Assembly (NCBI GenBank): GCA_036557565.1
Contig: DATBHJ010000114.1
Coordinates: 1,174 to 65,173 of the forward strand
Length of the DNA: 64,000 bases
DNA from: Gemmataceae bacterium
GTDB lineage: Bacteria > Planctomycetota > Planctomycetia > Gemmatales > Gemmataceae
Direction of reading: 5' to 3'
Shown here: positions 56,361 to 64,000 of the stretch, piece after piece
Layout of the letters: each line of letters opens with the position of its first letter
How positions within the stretch are numbered: position 1 is the stretch's first letter
Position numbers and translations under genes: made by a program
The notes under the pieces: generated by a model
Told to the model about the DNA's origin: nothing
Seen by the model: the letters and a program-made list of their open reading frames with translations, nothing else
The model's database searches: none

Positions 56361-57394
56361 GGAAGAGAGTGGAGAGATGAGGTCGGCCTGGCCGGTCTAT
56401 CGCTCGGTTGTAGCGGCACAAGCCGTACCGGAGCGAGTAATCCCGCGCAGGTGCACAACTTGATCTCTCCACTCTTTTCGGCATCGTGGCGGCTAGGGCC
56501 AGCGTCTCGTTACGGCATCCGTCCGGCACGTCAACGATATGGCCCTGAATACATCCAGTCGAGGTTTAGACGTTGGCGGCTGGTCGATTCTTGCCGTCGG
56601 GTGCATCCCGTCGCCCAGACACAGTACAGCGAGACGGACCTGCCAGCGTTGACGGAGTTGGCGACTCAGGTGCTGCTGTCACATATCACGACCGTCGAAT
56701 TGCTCGTAGATAGGATCGATGGAGCCCGCGAGATTTCTGGACAGTTTCTGGAAATAGTCAAACCAATACTGAACGCTGAGAAACACGCTCGCTTGCTCTT
56801 CAACTGCATTTACCGTCCTGCGGAGCCATCCGCGGCCCATCACGCTCATCGCTTTTTTTAACTATCAGAACGAGCTCTGCGGCGGTGGAAATCGTAATTC
56901 TGCCTCTCAATTATGGTCATCTGCTTTCATTGTCGGAACGATCAGGGATACCGTCAGGACAAGCCCTATCCGGTTGGCACAAGAGGTATTTCATCGAGCG
57001 CCGAGACGCCACTGGACGAAACGCTCACGGGCGCTGGCGACCCGCTCGCAGCGAAGGATTAATGGGCTTTCAACGACCCCCATGATTCATGTTCTTTCGG
57101 ATCAAGTTATATGGCACAATCTCCTTCCTTTTCGGGACTGCTGGGACAGACACCATCACCCGCTTGACGTAGGACCGCTTCCTTTGGGCCGTTATGCTCG
57201 CCGAAACTCTATCGCGTCGCCAGTTCCTGGCGGCGGCCCGTACGCTCACCTCGTGGCCATCCCACTATGTCTACTTCGCCGGCAAAGACCCCTGGCCGCC
57301 GAGCAGGAAACCGCAAGCAGACACTTGCGAGATGGGCCACCGAGGCGCTAATCAAATACGGACAAAGAAAGGGGAACTCCAGTCGATAAAACCC

Positions 57395-57423
57395 TTGAAA
57401 TAGTTTATTCAGGCGTGTAAACT
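57395..57423 (+). promoter_or_regulatory. candidate sigma70-like promoter TTGAAA-17-TAAACT upstream of the GT2 gene
   Basis: Read from the sequence, about 65 nt upstream of ATG 57489. Tentative for this phylum. Confidence 0.3.
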
Positions 57424-57488
57424 CCCCCTCGAAAGTCACGGATGAAGCTCGGTGAGCAATTGCGGACGAGCGATGGATTGGAGTCTTG

Positions 57489-58331
57489 ATGCTAAATTCA
57501 GATTTTGACGCTGTGTTCGATGAGATGTTGCACAGTCCAATACCCATCTCATCCCAAGAACGCCTGGCGCTGCTGCACCAACTGCTCGGTGAGCCTGCCT
57601 GCCGCCAACTTGGAATTTACAAGATCCCGGACGGCTTTAGGCTGTCCGTGGTCATGCCCGTATACAACGAAGAGCGCTGGCTAGCCGAGATCGTGCGGCG
57701 CGTGCAGGCAATTTCTATTCCTAAAGAGATCGTCATTGTCGATGATTGCAGCACGGACAATACGCGCGAGATCCTCAAGCAGCTCGAGAGCGATGAAGTC
57801 CGCGTCTTTTACCAACCTTTCAACCAAGGTAAGGGCGCAGCCATGCGGCGCGGTTTCCAAGAGGCGACCGGCGACGTTGTTCTTGTGCAAGACGCCGACC
57901 TCGAATACGATCCGAGCGAATACTCGCGGCTGTTGCAACCAATTCTGGAGGACCGCGCCGACGTCGTCTACGGTTCGCGTTTCGTTGGCGAGACACATCG
58001 CGTGCTGTACTTTTGGCACTATGTCGCCAACAACATGTTGACCATGCTGTCGAACATGTTCACCAATCTGAACCTGACTGACATGGAGACGTGCTACAAG
58101 GTTTTCCGCCGCGAAGTGCTGCAAGGCGTCACTCTGAAATCGAATCGCTTCGGTTTCGAGCCGGAGATCACGGCCAAGATCGCGCGGAAGCGTCCGGGCC
58201 AACCCTCCTGGCGCGTCTATGAAATCCCTATCAGCTACTCCGGGCGAACGTACGAGGAGGGCAAGAAAATCGGGCTCAAGGACGCCTTTAATGCCTTTTA
58301 CTGTATCCTGCGCTATCGTTTCTTCGATTGA
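57489..58331 (+). CDS. glycosyltransferase family 2 (dolichyl/polyprenyl-phosphate hexosyltransferase-like)
   Basis: [49 protein letters not shown] and VVYGSRF. Confidence 0.9.
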   Translation: MLNSDFDAVFDEMLHSPIPISSQERLALLHQLLGEPACRQLGIYKIPDGFRLSVVMPVYNEERWLAEIVRRVQAISIPKEIVIVDDCSTDNTREILKQLESDEVRVFYQPFNQGKGAAMRRGFQEATGDVVLVQDADLEYDPSEYSRLLQPILEDRADVVYGSRFVGETHRVLYFWHYVANNMLTMLSNMFTNLNLTDMETCYKVFRREVLQGVTLKSNRFGFEPEITAKIARKRPGQPSWRVYEIPISYSGRTYEEGKKIGLKDAFNAFYCILRYRFFD

Positions 58332-58374
58332 AGCACTTTGACTGGCTAGCTAAACCCACAAGAGAACCGGCGCA

Positions 58375-59034
58375 TCAAGCCGCCAAGTTCCATACCGACA
58401 CTTCCACCGCAAATCGTCCGTGAGCAGCTATCCATTCGAAGGTAGCATCCGATAGTTCCTCCTTCGACGGACAACAGTGGTTGCGCGTGATCGTTTCATG
58501 CAAGCGCCACGAGACACGCTCGATCGGATTCGCCTCGGGAGCGTAGGTAGGCAGGAAGGGAAGCACCAAGCGCTCTCCCTACTGACGCAGGTAATCCTGC
58601 ACCGCTCGACGATCATGGAAGCGCACGTTGTCGCAAATCACATGAATGCGTCGGTAGCAACGTAGTCGGCAGCGAAGGTCGCCCTAGTGTGCCACGAACA
58701 GTCCTGCGTTACGCAGCCGACCGGGATCGGAGAGCAAAAGCGCTCCTGTCCGCCAATGTAAGGAGCCGGCTCGGTGGGGTTTCTCATTGTTACCCGACGT
58801 TACTACTTCGGCCTGCTCGCCGCGAGACATCCAGCAGCAACCAATTCTGGAGTTGAGGTGAACCTCCACCTCTTCCTCGAAGACCACCTTTTCGTCGTCT
58901 GGTAGGTTGTCCATTTGCCGCACAACCAATGTCCACGGCAGGGAAGCAAAAGCCCTCGTTCTCAATTCGGGGAAGGATGAAGGCCAGGAGCGTGACCGGA
59001 GGCCAGAGGGGTCCTTGTTGATATTCTCATTCAT
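58375..59034 (-). pseudogene. IS630-family transposase remnant with in-frame stops
   Basis: ...VHLNSRIGCCWMSRGEQAEVVTSGNNEKPHRAGSLHWRTG..., then RRIHVICDNVRFHDRRAVQDYL, then LPFLPTYAPEANPIERVSWRL. The pieces are interrupted by stops and the N-terminal DNA-binding part is absent. Confidence 0.8.
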
Positions 59035-59282
59035 CGATGTCAGGAAGAAGAGATCGCCGCCTTCGTAAGCACAAGACGGAGCTGGACAAGAAAGGAAGAT
59101 TACAGAGCTGACGTCGGTTTTTCCGACATTTTGCCGAAGAATTCGACAGCCAAGGCTGTAGGTAGGTCCCGTGCCTGATCTAAGTCTTGAGCTACAAACT
59201 ATTTTCTATTAACCATTTATGTCGAGTCGTGATGGCAGACGGCACATGGGCGCGCCGAGTGCTTTTGCGCTCATCGCCCGTA

Positions 59283-59476
59283 CCCAACAAACTCTTTCAT
59301 CGACGACGCTGAGAGAGTTCACCTACGTCCAACAGACTCTCTCCTCATCGTCGCTGGGAGAGGGTCTCTCCTCATCGTCGCTGAGAGAAGTCGCCCACGC
59401 CCAACAAACTCTCTTGTCATCGCCCGGAGAGTCCGCCTGACAATCTCTTTCATGAACGTCGCTGGGAGAGTTCACC
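59283..59476. repeat. array of five degenerate hairpin units (CCAACARACTCT..TCATCG..CGCTGRGAGAGTTCACC)
   Basis: Copies lie at about 59291-59318, 59336-59362, 59365-59388, 59408-59432 and 59444-59470. Each has ACTCTC/CTCTCC ... GAGAG(T) inverted arms around a TCATCG-containing loop. The flanks CCCAACAAACTCT and GAGAGTTCACC each recur twice. Confidence 0.7.
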
Positions 59477-59670
59477 CCCATCCCTCATCGCTTTCGCGAT
59501 AAACGCTCCCTGGCTGCCCACCTGGGAGCGTTTTTCTTTGCGCGATCCGTGCGCTGCTGGGACATGTAAGGGGTGCCGGAGGCCGAATTAATAGTCGAGC
59601 GATCGGCAAGTCTACGCTCCGCTTCCCTTGGTTGAACGCTTGCGCCCCTCGACCCGGGAGCGGATACGCA

Positions 59671-60060
59671 TCATCTGCTCATAGAAGCAATCACTCCTAT
59701 GGCCAGCATCGCGAATGCGGATACCACCGCTATCAGGGCGGATTTTGAGCGCTGAATCTCCTTCCAAGGCGGCTTGGCATTAAACGTGTCAACTTTAACG
59801 GGAGCGTTCGCCGCGCCTACCGCCGTGGGCTGGACCGCAGGCAATTGAGTTTCCGTGCGGAGGACGTGGTGGGAATCGGTTTCTTCGCGTGCCAGGTCTG
59901 TAAGGTTGCTTCGAGCAGCCCTTGGCGGATGCACGTCGTTTTTCTGCGCCGGAACCATGATAGCAGCGTCGCACTTTGGGCAATTGACCTTGCGTCTGAC
60001 TTTTTTTTCGGGGGCGCGTATTCTCGCGCCGCAATACGAGCAGTAGCATGAGATGAACAT
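59671..60060 (-). CDS. zinc-ribbon protein with C-terminal TM anchor
   Basis: I prefer ATG 60060: MFISCYCSYCGARIRAPEKKVRRKVNCPKCDAAIMV (CxxC...CxxC). The C-terminal TM is ALIAVVSAFAMLAIGVIASM. Confidence 0.6.
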   Translation of the reverse strand: MFISCYCSYCGARIRAPEKKVRRKVNCPKCDAAIMVPAQKNDVHPPRAARSNLTDLAREETDSHHVLRTETQLPAVQPTAVGAANAPVKVDTFNAKPPWKEIQRSKSALIAVVSAFAMLAIGVIASMSR

Positions 60061-60633
60061 GAGAGACTCCGTTCGACAGATGCTCCATTCAAAAGAGAGC
60101 GAAGTGAACGAGCGCCACTCGGGATTGCGCTGGATTTTGTCCAGCGGCACCCACCCATGATTGTCAGGCCACGACAGAAGCCTACCGAGCAGGATGAGAT
60201 CGGGCTTCTCTGCGCGGTAGATCTATCGCCTGTCTGCCGTGGGAGATCCCCCGATGGAGTAGCCTTGACAACTCAGGATGGTGGATCAACCTTCGCGTGT
60301 GAGTTCGTTGTCTTCCACGATGGGCAAGATTTCGTTGCGAGTCGGACCATCGGTTCCTCTTGCCGTTCTTCCCGAACGGGTGGACCGGCGGCTTTCGCGA
60401 GTCGAAACCGGATGAATCGATTCTATTCGCAGGTTCATCCTCGGCAATGGAGACGGACATGCCGAACCCAACAACCCCAGAAAGGCCAAGGCCTGACGCA
60501 CGCCGATCCCGCCCATGCTTTTGTCGGCTACGAGAAGCTGAGACGCTACGAAATCCTCGCGGCCATCAACGTGATCCTCTAGCCACTGGGGAATCCATCG
60601 CATATCTAGCGAAATACATCTGGAAGGTGCATC

Positions 60634-61089
60634 ATGTGCGGCGGCCTTGCTCGCATTGTCTCTGATCGGAAGCTGAGAGAGAGATACCGGATAAGAGAGG
60701 CAACACTGCTGAAGGATTCCTACAACATTGCTCTCCCTCAACTCGTCGCCGCTGTCCGAGTCAGCGCTGGGGAGCGAGCCTTGGTCCTCCTCAAATGGGG
60801 TCTTATCCCCGCCTGGGCGAAGGATGCCACGATCAGCCACAAGTCAATCAATGCACGGTCGGAACTCGTAAGTCTTGCCGAAGAATCGATAACTACAATT
60901 CCGACTCCTTTTCCTTCCTCCGCCTCTTTGCCCGACCGACCGAATCATGTCCGCTCATGCCCCCATCGCTGCGAGCGCGTTTCGATCCATGAGCCGACGA
61001 GCAAAAGTGAGCCAGCGGTCACAGCCCGGCGAAATACCTCGCCAAAGACTCTACCAGATAGCTGGTCGTGCGCGTCGAAACAGAGTTAG
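60634..61089 (+). pseudogene. SRAP (SOS-response-associated peptidase, YedK/DUF159) gene truncated after ~78 codons
   Basis: MCGGLARIVS...SYNIALPQLVAAVRV...LVLLKWGLIPAWAKDATISHKSINARSE retains the catalytic Cys2 and a GGAAGG SD. Homology stops near nt 60870, and the rest of the ORF is unrelated low-complexity sequence. Confidence 0.7.
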
Positions 61090-61519
61090 CCGGCATAGTG
61101 ACCTTTTAATGAGTAGCACACCTCGCCCGCATCCGTTAGATTTCGTCTGTTTTTCATGAGCATGACTCTTGACACCGACGAAGGCAGATTCGAAAATATC
61201 GCCGTCCGACCATCTCTAAGCTGATTGAATGCCTCGCCCGCCGGTTTCAGCGACGGGACCGATGGAATGGGTTAATTCTCTTTCCCTCGTCCACTCTCCA
61301 CTGCCTCAGCTGAAACACGGCATGATATCGGCGTTACGCCCTAGCACGCCCAGAGCTTCACGGTTGTCGCCGAAGAATTGCTCCTCTAGCTGTGTCGTCC
61401 TGAGTAGGAGCCGTGAGGAAAACACAGACTACTTGCCGAAGCTGCGCCTGGCGAGGAGTCCTGCACGCGGAGTGGAGAGGCTTCATTGCTCGCCTCGATC
61501 TTCTTTGAGAGGGGTCATC

Positions 61520-63942
61520 ATGTTTTCCAAGTTGTGGAAGCAGTCGAGCTTCGCCTGCGACAAAGAGAAGGTTCGCTCTGGCAAGCGGCCCAAGCCGCCG
61601 CGTGTGTTGCTGGCGCTGGAAGGGCTCGAAACTCGCGAGCTACTCAGTGTCGCAACGCCGAACATCATCATCGAGTCAACACAACACGCCACGACCGCTG
61701 CGGCTTGGGAAGGGCATCCCGCCGCTCCGCCTGCCAGTTCCCCTCCCGGCTTCAGCCCCAGCCAAATTCAGAATGCCTACGGCTTCAACCAGATCAGTTT
61801 CGCCAGCTACACCGGCAGCACTCTTCCGGGCGCCAACCAGACCATCGCCATCGTCGATGCCTAAACGACCCTGACATCTACAGCGATCTGGAGACGTTCG
61901 ACAGCCAATTCGGACTGGCCAATCCGACGTTGACCGTAGTGAACCAGAACGGCCAGGTCATCAGCACGAACGGGAATACTAGCGGCGGCGTCACGCCTCC
62001 GTCCAACAATCCCAGCTGGGCCGTAGAAGAAGCCCTGGATGTCGAATGGGCGCACGCCATTGCTCCGGGAGCCAGCATCGTCCTCGTTGAGGCGAATAAC
62101 GCCAGTATGTCGAACCTGCTCACGGCGGTGACGACCGCGGCTACCAAGGTGGGTGCCTCGGTCGTGTCCATGAGCTGGGGCGGCAACGAGTCCTCCAGCG
62201 AGACCAGTTTCGACAGCGATTTCACGGCTCCCGGTGTGCCCTACGTGGCGGCCTCCGGCGACAACGGGGCCCCGCCAATCTACCCGGCGGTTTCCCCCAA
62301 CGTCCTGGCCGTCGGCGGCACGAGCTTGACTCTGAACAGTAGCGGTGGTTACGGCAGTGAGACGGCCTGGAGCGGCAGCGGCGGGGGCATCAGCGCCTAC
62401 GAGCCGCTGCCCAGCTATCAGCCGCGAACCTACAGCAACGGCTCCTCGACAGGCACGTCCACGACACGGATGAACCCCGACGTCGCCTACGACGCCAACC
62501 CCAATACCGGCTTCGCGGTTTACGATAGCGACGGCGAACCGGGTTGGTTGGAGGTTGGGGGCACAAGTGATGCCGCTCCCCAATGGGCGGCGCTGGTGGC
62601 CATCGCCGATCAGGGCCGCGCCCTAAATGGGAAGGGCACCCTGACCGGCTCCACGCAAACACTCCCCATGCTCTATCAGATGCCCAGCAGCAATTTCCAC
62701 GAAATTACCAGCGGCGGCAACGGCACTGATTCGGCTGGACCGGGATACAATCTGGTCACCGGACTGGGCACTCCCGTCGCCAATGAGGTGATCAACTACT
62801 TCGTGAATGGATCTACGTCGCCGCCGCCGCCCACGACGCCGCCGGCGCCGACGGGCTTGACGGCCACTGCCGTCTCATCCAGCCAGATCAACTTGTCTTG
62901 GAACCCCGACAGCGGCGCCACGGACGGCTACCTTATCGACCGAAGCCTCACCGGCGCCGTCGGCAGCTTTACGCAGATCGGCAGCACCACCGCCACCACG
63001 TTCAGCAACAACGGCCTCAACCCGTCTACCACCTATTACTACGAGGTCTTTGCCGTCAACTCCGTGGGCGATTCGCCGCCCAGCAACATCGCCTCCGCCA
63101 CCACCCAAGCGTCATCCAGCAGCGGACTCCTTCCGGATGGCGGCTTTGAGTCGCCGGTCTTGACGCCTGGCACTTACGTCCTTGACCCGACAGGCACGCC
63201 GTGGACCTTCTCCGGGACAGCAGGCATTGCCAGCAACGGCAGCTCCATCACCGTTGACAATCCGCCGGCTCCGCAAGGTACCCAGGTTGGCTTCCTTAGC
63301 GGCTTCGGCAGCGGCTTCACCCAGACGGTGAATCTCAGCACCGGCACCTACTACACCATCAGCTTCGACGCCGCTAACGCGGGCATTACCTCTCGCACTC
63401 AGCAGTTCGCCATTGCGGTGGACAACACCATCATGGGGATGGGGACGGCTGCCAGTACCCAATACACCAGCTACAGCACCGTTTCCTTTTACGTCACTGC
63501 TTCGGGCGCCTACACGATCACGTTCGTCGGTACCAATTCTCGCGGCGGCATCGCTCTGATCGATGACGTGAGTCTCAATGTTACTCCTGCCGTGAAGCTC
63601 AGCGCATCGCTTTCTGGCGGGCAAGCCACGACTTCTCTATCTGGGAACGCCGGTGTGTCCAGCTCCACGATCTCGACGGGTGTTGCCAGCCATGCTACGG
63701 GGGTGCAAGCGCCCTCGACCAGCAACCAACCGTCTCAGGACAGGCTGAATTTGGGCGCGATGACGAACCTTTTCCCCGCATCAAGCCCTCACTCCATCGC
63801 TCAACTTTTCTTTCAGACTGAGTTGGAGGCGATCATGAGTTTCAACACCTACCTGTCGTCGCATTATGTCAGTCCGATTGTCACGGGCTTACGACCGCCA
63901 AGCGTGAGCGACCCGTTCGCGGAGGCTTTGGATTGGGAATAG
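61520..63942 (+). pseudogene. secreted S53 (sedolisin-type) serine peptidase with FN3 and C-terminal beta-sandwich domains; a 1-nt frameshift splits it
   Basis: N-terminal frame (ATG 61520, GAGAGGGG SD): ...VLLALEGLETRELLSV...NQTIAIVDA*. Second frame: NDPDIYSDLETFDSQFGL, EEALDVEWAHAIAPGA, AASGDNGA, VGGTSDAAPQWAAL, and FN3 (LSWNPDSGATDGYLIDRS). The junction GAT GCC TA- AAC at ~61859-61864 lacks one nucleotide of an expected Tyr codon. Confidence 0.8.
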
Positions 63943-64000
63943 TCTGAGAAAAAAAGTTGGCTACGACGGCTCCAGCCGCACCTGCCCCCACTGCCTCGCG

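Noticed and set aside
56361-57480. ORFs 56451..56861, 56885..57085, 56974..57351 and a 59-codon minus ORF near 56690-56870
   Set aside because: They overlap one another and are compositionally poor, with no SD or family motif. I treated the region as non-coding or decayed DNA to the right of the cassette.
59219-59440. 73-aa ORF and a possible CRISPR array
   Set aside because: The ORF is a by-product of translating the tandem repeats. The repeats are degenerate and irregularly spaced (about 25-55 bp) with no unique spacers of constant length and no cas genes, so this is not a CRISPR array.
60286-60840. 184-aa minus-strand ORF
   Set aside because: It overlaps the SRAP remnant, whose N-terminal motifs and SD are clear, and it has no recognisable family. 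It may still contain a fragment of some dead gene, but I cannot support that.
1-64000. tRNA, rRNA, tmRNA or riboswitch genes
   Set aside because: I scanned the intergenic regions by eye for cloverleaf-like or conserved RNA signatures and recognised none. A covariance-model scan (tRNAscan-SE/Infernal) would be needed to exclude them.

Overview
This is a high-GC bacterial chromosomal window, most likely Planctomycetota (Gemmataceae-like). That placement is inferred from three things: the LEGLETRELLS-type N-terminal motif of a secreted peptidase, an ISAzo13 / Rhodopirellula-transposase-type IS remnant, and overall gene content. The window has three blocks. (i) nt 1-16.3 kb holds a secreted protein, nested dead IS copies (IS4-like, ISL3), an O-antigen-ligase(Wzy_C)-TPR fusion, gmd, and a Wza / Wzc (BY-kinase) / CpsB-type phosphatase export-regulation module, followed by ISAzo13 and IstB debris. 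(ii) nt 16.3-46.2 kb is a ~30-kb single-strand (minus) polysaccharide super-operon headed by a NusG paralog. It carries eight GT4-type glycosyltransferases, a GT2 + GT-C pair, Wzx, Wzy and an AsnB-type amidotransferase. It also carries five FkbM methyltransferases, a TylF-type and another SAM methyltransferase, a GT4-methyltransferase fusion and a sulfotransferase. (iii) nt 46.2-64 kb is accessory DNA. It starts with 2 kb of gene-poor, degenerate sequence, followed by a compact 10-gene plus-strand cassette (48.2-56.4 kb). The cassette combines a DUF1257/Ycf35-like protein, a DUF2997-like protein, a Ycf46-like AAA+ ATPase and several unassignable proteins. It ends with an orphan DNA-polymerase-III beta-clamp homolog carrying a coiled-coil tail and two tail-anchored proteins sharing an xAVx repeat. 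This cassette is my best candidate for an undescribed system. Downstream of it are a GT2 gene, an IS630 corpse, a hairpin-repeat array, a truncated SRAP gene and a frameshifted S53 peptidase. I recognised no rRNA, tRNA or CRISPR array. All family assignments are by-eye motif recognition and need HMM or structure confirmation. Many start codons were re-chosen manually from SD sequences and stop/start overlaps; the ORF track also opens ORFs at GTG/TTG.
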